This document shows positions 7,486 through 16,479 of a stretch of 45,086 nucleotides of DNA, piece by piece (position 1 is the stretch's first letter; every line of letters starts with the position of its first letter). The notes under the pieces were generated by a model that made no database searches, was not told where the DNA came from, and saw only the letters and a program-made list of their open reading frames with translations. The translations under genes and the position numbers were made by a program. Source of the DNA: Lentisphaeria bacterium UBA2565 (GTDB lineage: Bacteria; Verrucomicrobiota; Lentisphaeria; UBA2565); the NCBI GenBank assembly GCA_002340265.1, contig DDLT01000280.1, positions 1-45,086 on the forward strand, given 5' to 3'.

Positions 7486-8384
7486 TGTGAATCTTCCGGT
7501 TGAAAGAAGCGAGTTGTAGGGTACGCAAGTTGAATTGTTTTTTCACCTTGAAAACGCATTAGAACTGTTTCCCAAATTTTACTTTCAATCCCACGAATCT
7601 GACGAGGCGTCACGATAAAGCGAACTGTCAACGATACACCGTTTGCGATTGCTTGAGTATAAATAATTGGTGTAAGTTTTCCCTGTTTGATGTCCAGTTT
7701 TTTACTGGCAAGGCGCATTGCTTTTTTTGCCGCTTCTGGATAATGCCCGGCAATTGAATTGATTTCGTTTTCAAGAATTCGTTTCGCAAGCTGCCAGTCA
7801 CTTTCAAAAGTGATGACGACTTTGATTTCATGCCAGATGTAATCGAATCCTTCATTGTAGTTAATGATTTCATTTCTTAGGACCTTACCATTTGGAATAT
7901 GGATGATGCGTCCAGTACTTTGTTCCGCGCCGATACGGGCTCCGCCGACTTCAAGCATAGTGAAATAAAGCGGAGTGATTGCGATGATATCACCGACATT
8001 TTTATCGATTTGGATACGGTCACCCTGAGCAAGAGGTTTTTTCCAGAGGATAAAAATCCAGCCGGTAAAGTTAGAAATGGTATCGTGCATGGCAATGGCA
8101 AGACCGGCACTGAAAATACTAAGGTATGGAATAATGCTTTTGGTATTCTCATTCCATTTATGAATGATGAAAAACAGTAGAAGCAAAGTAACTACACAGT
8201 TGGTGATTCTCTTTGCTGAAAACAACACTTTGTTTTTGTTGATGAATCTCTCGAACAGCGAAAACAGCACTTTTTTGATAATGAAATAAAGCACAAATGC
8301 GATGATGATTGATAAAAGTGCATTATCATAGATGTTTGATAAAATGGTTTTTAATGATTCGTACATCTGGTTATTACTCCTCAA
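7479..8384 (-). CDS. Small-conductance mechanosensitive channel, MscS family
   Basis: Three TM segments, AGLAIAMHDTISNFTG, GDRIQI, QSTGRIIHIPNG, LAYPT. Confidence 0.9.
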   Translation of the reverse strand: MRSNNQMYESLKTILSNIYDNALLSIIIAFVLYFIIKKVLFSLFERFINKNKVLFSAKRITNCVVTLLLLFFIIHKWNENTKSIIPYLSIFSAGLAIAMHDTISNFTGWIFILWKKPLAQGDRIQIDKNVGDIIAITPLYFTMLEVGGARIGAEQSTGRIIHIPNGKVLRNEIINYNEGFDYIWHEIKVVITFESDWQLAKRILENEINSIAGHYPEAAKKAMRLASKKLDIKQGKLTPIIYTQAIANGVSLTVRFIVTPRQIRGIESKIWETVLMRFQGEKTIQLAYPTTRFFQPEDSQC

Positions 8385-9411
8385 TGTTTAGCATTTGTTC
8401 ATCTTCACTATCAAGGTAGGATACAGTTTTAACTTCGTTCATTGCAGACAGTTTTTCAATAAATGTGTGGAGTCTTTTTACTTCGTTGATAATAGCTTCT
8501 GACATGTTTTCAATGTCGGAGAACCCTTCGTCTGGAATGCTGTGTTTGATTAATTCTGCATTCATCGAAATCGGCGTAATTACGTTATAGATTTTGTGGC
8601 GTAGTGAGACATTTATCAGCTCGAGAGCTTCCAATTTAGTTGCCTGTTCTGAGGCCACTTTTAGTTCGGACTCCATGGCAACTTTTTCTGTCACATCTTC
8701 AGCAATGATAACTGCACTTGGAGAGCGACTGTCTTCGTTCATAAAACGGGCAATTGTGTATTGGAAAACTGAATCTTCGTAAGTATCGATAAATTGGACA
8801 GGTACCTGGTCATTTGCCTCAAGAACCGAAGCGACCAGCTTATCCCAGCTTGCCTCCTGAAAATCAGGGAAAATATCACAAACTTTGAAACCGACAACCT
8901 CCGAAATATCAGCCGGCCCATTCGGTTGCATTCTGGCGAAAAACTCCAACTGAGTTTTGTTTGCTACAAAAATATGCTGCAATTCATCAATTACTGTTAC
9001 GCCGACAGGAAGATCATTTAGAATTGTTTCAAGAAACTGGCGGCTGAGCGCGTAAGGAGAAGATGTCTTAAACTTGTAGGATACATCATTGAAAATAACC
9101 TGATACATCTTCTCTTTTTTCCACGTGAAGTAATTTACGCTGATGTCATAAATTTTTTCTTTATTTTGCCAGGAAAAGTATACTGGAGTAGAGCTCGATT
9201 TGATTTTTTTCATCGCATTTTGGAGCTTGGTTTGAAGCGATTGTTCATTTTGGAAGCGCTGTTCGAGTTCCATTTTTTTACGATTGGCAATAAGAGTAGG
9301 CAAACCGAAGATGGAATAGATCTTTTTACTGGCGACAAGAAGGAAGCGTTTTGCATCGACAAGTGCAATTGCCTCGGGTGAAACTTTAATGAAATCGAGA
9401 ATATTATCCAT
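8374..9411 (-). CDS. PAS-domain protein ending in a HisKA-like dimerisation helix pair, no HATPase domain
   Basis: ILNDLPVGVTVID...AN...EDVTE (PAS/PAC); H-box-like LRHKIYNVITPI; the protein ends about 70 aa later with no N/G1/F/G2 boxes. Confidence 0.7.
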   Translation of the reverse strand: MDNILDFIKVSPEAIALVDAKRFLLVASKKIYSIFGLPTLIANRKKMELEQRFQNEQSLQTKLQNAMKKIKSSSTPVYFSWQNKEKIYDISVNYFTWKKEKMYQVIFNDVSYKFKTSSPYALSRQFLETILNDLPVGVTVIDELQHIFVANKTQLEFFARMQPNGPADISEVVGFKVCDIFPDFQEASWDKLVASVLEANDQVPVQFIDTYEDSVFQYTIARFMNEDSRSPSAVIIAEDVTEKVAMESELKVASEQATKLEALELINVSLRHKIYNVITPISMNAELIKHSIPDEGFSDIENMSEAIINEVKRLHTFIEKLSAMNEVKTVSYLDSEDEQMLNIEE

Positions 9412-9589
9412 GGAATCCGGTTTATTATTTGACTATTTAAAGAATAGTTTCGGTCGTTGTATGTCTCTAAATTAGTCTCTGAACCAGCAGACTGCAAGGT
9501 AATTGAAATAATATACTTTAAGCAGATGAAAAGTTATCTTTGAACTTAAATGGAATGATTCAAAAGAGGAACAAAATCGGTATGAAATG

Positions 9590-9616
9590 AAAAAGGGGCA
9601 CTCAAAAGTGCCCCTT
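9590..9616 (-). terminator. Intrinsic terminator after nadA
   Basis: AAGGGGCACT-caaa-AGTGCCCCTT, with a T-run on the minus strand. Confidence 0.85.
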
Positions 9617-9621
9617 AGAAA

Positions 9622-10698
9622 CTATGATTTGAATGAGTTAGTGAAAGAACCGCTTGGTCCAATCTCCAGCATTCGCTGTACGGATTTGAGTGCTTTCACC
9701 CTGATCTCTTCTGGCACAGTCACTTCTGTTTGCATATTAAGAAGTGCGTCACGTGTGTCAGCAAGTGTAACTTCTGCCATGTGCGGACAACGCTGACTGC
9801 AGAGGCGCAGGATTTCTTTTCCCTGATCTTTTACCTGAGCGGCAATGTTATCGCCCATTGCACATTCAGTCATCAGTAGGAATCGCTTGGCATCTGAGTT
9901 TTTCACCCATGTCACCATTGCGGAGGTACTTCCTGTAAAGTCGGACGCGTCACAAATCTCTGTCGGACATTCTGGGTGAGCTAGAACTGCTACATCAGGG
10001 AACTGCTTACGAACACGTTCGATGTCGGAAACCTGGAAAAGTTCGTGAACCTCACAACTTGAGTTCCAACCGATCATATCGTAATCGTCTTCTGTAATTT
10101 CTCCGGAATCCAGCTTTGGGAAATCTTTAGGGAAGATTATACGTTTCCCTGTTTCTTTCGCTACATTGCTGGCAAGGTATTGATCTGGTAGGAAAATGAC
10201 TTTTTCTGCACCAAGAGATTCGATAACAGCTTTTGCATTTCCTGAGGTACAGCAGATATCAACTTCAGCTTTGATGTCGGCATAGGTGTTGATGTAGGTT
10301 ACAACAGGTACACCCGGGAAGCGTTTTTTTAGTGCACGAACATCTTCAGCTGTAATTCCTTCGGCAAGTGAACAACCGCCCTTTGGGGTTGGAATTAGAA
10401 CTGTTTTTTCAGGACTAAGAATTTTCGCAGTCTCAGCCATAAATTTTACACCACAGAATACAATCACGTCAGCATCTGTTTCAGCAGCTTTTCTACTAAG
10501 TTCAAGAGAGTCACCAACAAAATCAGGTACGGAATTGAAAAGCGCAGCATCCATGTAGTTGTGACCAAGAATTACGGCATTGCGTTCTTTTTTTAAACGC
10601 ATTACTTCTTCTGCAATTTCGGCTTGGATACGGATTTCCGGAGCAGGCATAATGTGTCCAATTTTATCTTTCAGATGTTGGTACATATCAGTAATCAT
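9622..10698 (-). CDS. nadA: Quinolinate synthase A
   Basis: ILGHNY, VGDSLELS, VFCGVKFMAETAKILSP, GCSLA, YINT, CTSGNA, CEVH, AHPEC, CPHM (three Fe-S cysteines). Confidence 0.97.
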   Translation of the reverse strand: MITDMYQHLKDKIGHIMPAPEIRIQAEIAEEVMRLKKERNAVILGHNYMDAALFNSVPDFVGDSLELSRKAAETDADVIVFCGVKFMAETAKILSPEKTVLIPTPKGGCSLAEGITAEDVRALKKRFPGVPVVTYINTYADIKAEVDICCTSGNAKAVIESLGAEKVIFLPDQYLASNVAKETGKRIIFPKDFPKLDSGEITEDDYDMIGWNSSCEVHELFQVSDIERVRKQFPDVAVLAHPECPTEICDASDFTGSTSAMVTWVKNSDAKRFLLMTECAMGDNIAAQVKDQGKEILRLCSQRCPHMAEVTLADTRDALLNMQTEVTVPEEIRVKALKSVQRMLEIGPSGSFTNSFKS

Positions 10699-10795
10699 TT
10701 AGTTTTGTCCATTTTAAGTTAATAAAACTTGTGTATTGTTTTTCCGGCGTAATTTAATCAAATAACTGAAATCTTCTAGTTGTAAACTGTTGAAA

Positions 10796-11659
10796 TTATT
10801 TGACAATTGGGAATTCGCGGTGCGGTTTACCCTTTTTAAACGTTTCAAGTCTGCTGGTAATCTCTTCCAGCATATCAGGTGGGCAGTTTGCAAGTGCTTT
10901 GTTTGTGTACTCGATGGCTTTGTCAAACTGATTATCTTCAGCATAAGCGGCTGCAAGCGTATCGATAATGGCAACATTTTTCCAATCACTCAGCTCACAG
11001 GCTTTAGTAGCCAACTCAATAGATTTTTTCCCGTTGCGGTATTTTGCATCCGGCCAGGTCGCCATAAACCACGCTAAAGAATTTAGTGCCTGAGTGTTTC
11101 CCGGTTCAGAAGCGAGAACATTGTTAAAGTCGACAATTGCATTATCTAGATCTTTTGTTACAACCCATAGTTCTGCACGCATCAACAGAGCGGGGATGTT
11201 GTTTGGAGCTAGTTCAAGAGTTTTACTCAGCTCATTAATGGCGTTGTTCAACTTATCCTGTGCAATATAGATTCTTGCTTTATCAACACAAAGGTTTGGG
11301 TTTCTGGGATTGATTTTACCGGATGCATCAAGGTCGGCAAATGCCTCTTTGTATTTACCCTGAATCTGGTAAACCATTGCACGTTTAGAAAGTAGTTTAT
11401 CCGACTTTGGAAAGGTTTTGATCAACTGATTTAGGTCAGTAATTACATCATCCCATTTTCTTAGGGCGATATTGATGTCGATTCTGTAAGCCAGTGATTC
11501 GTTGTGATAAGGGTTTTGTTCTAGTTTTGCGGAGACAGCTTTTAATGCCTCTTCCATTTTTCCCTGTTTAAGAAGTTGATTGACCTCTTTCATGTTCTCA
11601 GCACGTCCGCTTAAACTGATTCCAATTAAAAGAATCATAATATATTTGAGATATTTCAT
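10796..11659 (-). CDS. Secreted tetratricopeptide-repeat protein
   Basis: Signal peptide, several TPR-like helical repeats, C-terminal NSLAWFMAT..RNGKKSIELA.KACEL..DTLAAAYAE motif. Confidence 0.88.
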   Translation of the reverse strand: MKYLKYIMILLIGISLSGRAENMKEVNQLLKQGKMEEALKAVSAKLEQNPYHNESLAYRIDINIALRKWDDVITDLNQLIKTFPKSDKLLSKRAMVYQIQGKYKEAFADLDASGKINPRNPNLCVDKARIYIAQDKLNNAINELSKTLELAPNNIPALLMRAELWVVTKDLDNAIVDFNNVLASEPGNTQALNSLAWFMATWPDAKYRNGKKSIELATKACELSDWKNVAIIDTLAAAYAEDNQFDKAIEYTNKALANCPPDMLEEITSRLETFKKGKPHREFPIVK

Positions 11660-11723
11660 CGGTTTTCTCCGGTTTGTATTTTTGTGTACCCGCTTTAATA
11701 AATACGTTTTTTCTGAAAGTAAA

Positions 11724-12716
11724 TTACTTTTTCACAGCTTTTACATAGATTCTTATTGGAGCAGGGTAGCCTTCGATAGTTTTGTTTGGGTCTTCGGGGT
11801 CGAGGAAATCCTCAAGACTCTGCCAATCCATCCATTCGGTTCTGCGCTGTTCTTTGAATTCCAATTTATGTGAATAGAACACTTCGATGTCTTTGAATTG
11901 TGCCTTCTGCAACCAATTTACAAGACAGGATTCTGTCGGCACAAAATAGGTTCCCGGAACTTTTGCGTAACGTTTATTAGGGAAAAGAGCGACTGGCATG
12001 TCACCTGGAATTCCTTGCGATTCGATAATCAGCGTACCGCCTTTTTGTAGTGATCCATACATATCTTTCAGAATTCCTACGGGGTTCTGATTGTGATAGA
12101 TAATTCCCATGCAGAAAATAATGTCGAAAAAGTTCGGGTAAAGTGGTACATCTTCAACTCCGGCAATTTCGTAATGAAGCGGAGAGTCTTCGATTAAGCG
12201 GTTTAGGTAATGAAACTGGAAGAAGTAACGAATTGTCGGATCGAAGCCGATTATCAGTTCAGGATTGTCTTTAAGCATTCTAAACATGTAGTAACCGTTG
12301 TTACAACCGATGTCGGCAATGCGCTTATTCTCCAAACTAATTCCTGCTTTATCAAGATAGTTTGCCACACGTTCCCATTTAAGATTTGATCGCCATTCTG
12401 CATCGAGATCAATGTCGAAGAGGTTGAATGGACCTTTTCGCCACGGCATCAGATCTTTCAGCCCTTGATGGAAACGTTCGAACTGATCGTCAGCCAACTC
12501 GTCACGTTTCCCGATAACTGGTGCTGATCCAGAGTAGTCGGTAGATAGGGCCTTAATATCTTCGGTTCTTTCCAAAATCGGATAATACGGCTGTGTACCT
12601 TTCCAGTCGAAACATTTGTTACTGTTTTCACGCATTTTGGTAATTGCGTTAGCATCAATTAGGTCGGCGTATTTTGGAAGGTAATCTTTTTCTGGGTATA
12701 GCGGGAGTTTCATCAT
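11724..12716 (-). CDS. cmoB: tRNA U34 carboxymethyltransferase
   Basis: LMPWRKGPF, DAEWRSNLKW, DIGCNNGYY, GFDP, RYAKV, DFLDP..TIEGYPAP. Confidence 0.95.
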   Translation of the reverse strand: MMKLPLYPEKDYLPKYADLIDANAITKMRENSNKCFDWKGTQPYYPILERTEDIKALSTDYSGSAPVIGKRDELADDQFERFHQGLKDLMPWRKGPFNLFDIDLDAEWRSNLKWERVANYLDKAGISLENKRIADIGCNNGYYMFRMLKDNPELIIGFDPTIRYFFQFHYLNRLIEDSPLHYEIAGVEDVPLYPNFFDIIFCMGIIYHNQNPVGILKDMYGSLQKGGTLIIESQGIPGDMPVALFPNKRYAKVPGTYFVPTESCLVNWLQKAQFKDIEVFYSHKLEFKEQRRTEWMDWQSLEDFLDPEDPNKTIEGYPAPIRIYVKAVKK

Positions 12717-12719
12717 TGC

Positions 12720-13844
12720 TTAGTCAAGTTTTACAAAAGGGGTTAAATCGGCGAAGAACTCTTTTCTCCAGCCTTGGTTAAGGCGGGAAGTCGGTTCTTT
12801 CTTAGTTTCGACAAATTTATTAATAAAAGATTCCACTTCCTTGCGGGAAGTGACCAGCTGCGAGTCGATGTTAATTGCTTCGGCTTTCTCACGGCAGAAC
12901 GTTAAAATTCGATTACTTACGTTTTTCAGTGTTCTACGGTCAAGTTGAGGTTTGAACACTTTTGGATATGTTTTCGGGTCACGTTTGTAGCCTTTATAGA
13001 GCACATCCATAACATCGTTGGCATAGCGTTCTTTAATAAATCGTGGAACAGAAGGCATCGCTTTCAGTTCATCGGCAGACTTCGGGCTTTTCAATGCAAT
13101 GTCAATCAGTACGTTGGTATCAACAATGAAGTTACGTGGACGATTTCGTTTTTTTGCACGATTTTCTCGCCAGGTAATCAACTCCTCCATCACTGCTAGT
13201 TGTTTAGCTTTGAACTTGCTTGATCCGCTGATGCGTTTAAACTGTTTATTTGCAGATCGTGCATCGCTGTAATGGTTCGGATTTTCCAATGCTTTCATCT
13301 CTTCATCGAACCAATCCAAAGCATTGTTTTCTTTCATCAGCTGGTTTAGTTTTTCAAATGCCTTTTCCATATAGACCACGTCGTCGATTGCATACTCGAT
13401 CTGTTTCTCAGTCAAAGGACGTTGTGTCCAGTCAGTTCTGGATTCGGTTTTCGGAAGTACAACGCCTACTGTTTTTTCAAGAAGAGAACCGAGTGAAAGT
13501 GTTGAAGAAAGTCCACAAAATCCGGCAGCGGTTTTGGTATCAAATATGTTTTTAGGTAAAGAGTCTGTGGCTCTGGAAATAATCTGTAGATCCTGAAGTG
13601 CATCGTGAAGAATCTTGGTGACGCTCTCGTTTTCCATTAACTCTTTTAGAGGTGAAAGGTCTTCAAGGGCGATTGGGTCGATTAGAAATGATTCGTCAGG
13701 TGTTGCCAATTGAATCAAGCCGAGAATCGGGTAGTATGTTTTTTCCCAGACAAATTCAGTATCAACAGCGACAAGTTGTGCCTGAAGGCATTTTTCGATA
13801 CAAATTTTAAAATCTTTTTCAGTACAGATCATGTAATTCTCCAT
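12720..13844 (-). CDS. rnd: Ribonuclease D
   Basis: VAVDTEF, LGLIQ, LHDALQDL, FDTK, TDWTQRPL..QIEYAIDDV, an HRDC region and C-terminal GWR. Confidence 0.95.
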   Translation of the reverse strand: MENYMICTEKDFKICIEKCLQAQLVAVDTEFVWEKTYYPILGLIQLATPDESFLIDPIALEDLSPLKELMENESVTKILHDALQDLQIISRATDSLPKNIFDTKTAAGFCGLSSTLSLGSLLEKTVGVVLPKTESRTDWTQRPLTEKQIEYAIDDVVYMEKAFEKLNQLMKENNALDWFDEEMKALENPNHYSDARSANKQFKRISGSSKFKAKQLAVMEELITWRENRAKKRNRPRNFIVDTNVLIDIALKSPKSADELKAMPSVPRFIKERYANDVMDVLYKGYKRDPKTYPKVFKPQLDRRTLKNVSNRILTFCREKAEAINIDSQLVTSRKEVESFINKFVETKKEPTSRLNQGWRKEFFADLTPFVKLD

Positions 13845-14023
13845 TATAATAAGCAGAAATAAGCAAATTCAAAAGTTGAGGATTACAACCCTCAAAGTCA
13901 AAAGAATTACGATATTGATAAAAATGAAGTTGAATAACACTCTTTTCGCTTAATATTTGCAAGATTTGAATGACATTTACTGATTAAATAATCATAAAAA
14001 TATTATTAAAATGAGGGAAATTT

Positions 14024-14500
14024 ATGAGTTGTCCATGTGGTGGAATTAGTTTTGAAACTTGCTGTGGTCCGTACATCAAAGGGGAAAAAGTTGCGGAGAC
14101 TGCAGAGGCATTGATGCGTTCTCGTTACTCAGCTTATGCAACAGGTGCAGTTGAGTACATCAAAGACACGACTTCTCCTGAAGGTCAGAAAGATTTTGAT
14201 ATGGATGCTGCAAAGCAGTGGGCTTTAGAGTCTGAGTGGAAAGGTTTTGAGATTCTGAATCAGGCTAAAGGCGCAGCAGAAGACACTGAAGGTGTTATTG
14301 AATTTGTGGCAAGCTACCGTGTGAAAGGTCAGGTTGAAAGCCATCATGAAATCAGTACTTTTAAGAAAATTGATGGTAAATGGTTCTTCATGGATGGGCA
14401 GATTGTTACTCAGGTTGTAAACCGTGAACAGAAAGTTGGTCGTAATGAACCTTGCCCATGTGGAAGCGGTAAAAAATACAAAAAGTGCTGCAATAAATAA
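14024..14500 (+). CDS. ychJ: YchJ-family protein with SEC-C metal-binding motifs
   Basis: [39 protein letters not shown]-terminal [18 protein letters not shown]. Confidence 0.93.
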   Translation: MSCPCGGISFETCCGPYIKGEKVAETAEALMRSRYSAYATGAVEYIKDTTSPEGQKDFDMDAAKQWALESEWKGFEILNQAKGAAEDTEGVIEFVASYRVKGQVESHHEISTFKKIDGKWFFMDGQIVTQVVNREQKVGRNEPCPCGSGKKYKKCCNK

Positions 14501-14523
14501 GCCGCTTTTTAAGATTTACTTTG

Positions 14524-14558
14524 ATGACCTGAGATTAATTTCTCAGGTCATTTTTTTT
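14524..14558 (+). terminator. Intrinsic terminator after ychJ
   Basis: ATGACCTGAGA-ttaatt-TCTCAGGTCAT followed by a T-run. Confidence 0.88.
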
Positions 14559-14669
14559 GTTGTATGGTTAATTTTCTTGCATCTGAGATTCATGGTGCTA
14601 CGCTAACTAAGTGTTTGCAGTGCGAATTTATACGTCGACTGCTGATAATACTAAGTTCTTGGGGGCAGG

Positions 14670-16226
14670 ATGCATTAAAAAAAATCATTCATTATTTTTC
14701 TGTTTTTTGTATGTACAATTTTCAACTTATCGGCACACGATGGTTCGATGGATCTTTTTATGAATCATGGATCAATAATGTTGATGATCGATCCTGATAC
14801 AGGACAAATTGCCTACGCTAATAAACAAGCCGCACGGTTTTATAAAACGCCTCTTGAACTTCTTCTTAAAAAAAATATCAAAGATATTAATCAACTGAGT
14901 TCCATTGAAGTGGAACGTGAGATAGTTAATGCCAAACTCACGAAAAGAAACTACTTCCTTTTCAAACATCGTATTGGAACAGATGAAATCAGAGATGTGG
15001 AAGTTTATTCATATCCTGTAAAGCATGATGGAAAACAGATGCTTTTTTCAGTTGTTGTGGATGTGACTGATAAGTTGGCGGCTGAAGCAGAAGTTAAGGC
15101 TTATGAACTTAAACATAAGCAGGATCTACGTTTCGTTATTTACCTTGTCCTTTCTTTTTCTGTGGTTATTTCAATAATGGCAATCGCTATATATCTCAAA
15201 AACAAAAAGTTACTGTTTCTAACCAATTACGATGCTCTCACCGGAGTGATAAATCGTCGATCCATCATTGATATCTATAATAGCTTTCAGAAAAAGAGAC
15301 ACTTTCCGATTGCAGTTTTTATGGTTGATGTGAACAACTTGAAGTTTATCAACGATACATTTGGGCATATCGCGGGTGATAAAATGATTATCGAAGTCAG
15401 TAATATGTTAAAATCGTTTAATAAAGTTAAAACGGTTATTTCACGTGTTTCAGGTGATGAATTTGTCTTAATGATTCCAGGTGCTACAGAGGAAATCGTT
15501 ACTGAATACGTTGAATTTATTAACTCGTATCAGATTACTATTGAAGGAATCAATTTCTGTTCATCGGTGGGTGTATATATGGTTAATGACAGAATTCTTC
15601 CTTATGAGTTTGCATTTACAAAGGCGGAAAAGAAGATGTATACGCATAAATCACTCAATAAAGAAACTCTTAATACCAATATTGAAAAGTCGCTGATGGA
15701 TAAAGCCACTACAAGTATTGGAATTAAAGATGAGCTGAAAAAGGTCGCAGAAATTTCCGGGATTATTGCTGAACGATTAGGGCTCAGTTCACATGATGTT
15801 GATAATATAAAAGAGGCGACGAAACTTCAGGTTATCGGTTATGCAACCCACAATGACGAGTCTTATAATTTCACTAATTACAGTAAAGATGAAAATTGTT
15901 CAGAATCCTTTCAGAACCACCCAGAACAAGGTTATAAAATTCTAACTACTTTAGGAAAGAACAGTAGTGTAGCAACAGCGGTATTCTATCACCATGAAAA
16001 TTATGATGGTTCGGGTTTTCCAAAATCAATAAAAGGCGAAGATATCCCACTAGCATCTCGTATTATAACTTTGGCAAACGGAATCTACAGGGCAATGAAA
16101 GCGGACGGAGTAGACTCTTGTGACAGTAAAATACTTGATGGACTTAAGGCTGACTCAGGTTTGATTTATGACCCACATTTGATCGAACTCATTGATTCAG
16201 AAGAGTTTTCAATCAGCTTTCGTTAA
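14670..16226 (+). CDS. PAS + TM + GGDEF (SGDEF) + degenerate HD-GYP protein; in-frame TAA at codon 3 (intact ORF from 14748)
   Basis: YDALTG, DVNNLKFINDTFGHIAGD, RVSGDEF, HHENYDGSGFP. An upstream in-frame ATG at 14670 is followed by CAT TAA and then a signal-peptide-like segment. Confidence 0.85.
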
Positions 16227-16354
16227 AATTGCATATTCAGTAGAATTCAATCAATTAAAATTGAGTAGAAGAATTTCAAAGAAAAAGCAAAAAATGAACT
16301 TGCATAACAATAAAATTTGCTTACTCTAAAGGCGTTGAAACAAGATACACACAT

Positions 16355-16429
16355 TACCCTATGGTGTAATCGGTAGCACGGCAGTTTCTGGTTCTGCAAG
16401 TTGGGGTTCAAGTCCCTGTGGGGTAACCA
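16355..16429 (+). tRNA. tRNA-Gln(CTG)
   Basis: Acceptor TACCCTA/TGGGGTA, D-arm GTGTAATCGGTAGCAC, anticodon loop TT-CTG-GT, T-loop GGTTCAAGTCC, encoded CCA. Confidence 0.96.
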
Positions 16430-16440
16430 TTGTTTTTTAT

Positions 16441-16478
16441 AAAGGCGGTTGATTCTTAGTTAATTAACCGCCTTTTTT
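16441..16478. terminator. Bidirectional terminator between tRNA-Gln and the permease
   Basis: AAAGGCGGTTGATT...AATTAACCGCCTTTTTT. Confidence 0.85.
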
Positions 16479-16479
16479 A

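Noticed and set aside
14564-14797. 77-aa plus-strand ORF as a frameshifted 5' part of the GGDEF gene
   Set aside because: The signal-peptide-like sequence is in the same frame as 14748 behind a TAA, so no frameshift is needed; this ORF has no convincing features.
16355-16429. tRNA-Gln as the attachment site of an integrated element
   Set aside because: No integrase in the window and no duplicate of the tRNA 3' end noticed; a terminator follows immediately.
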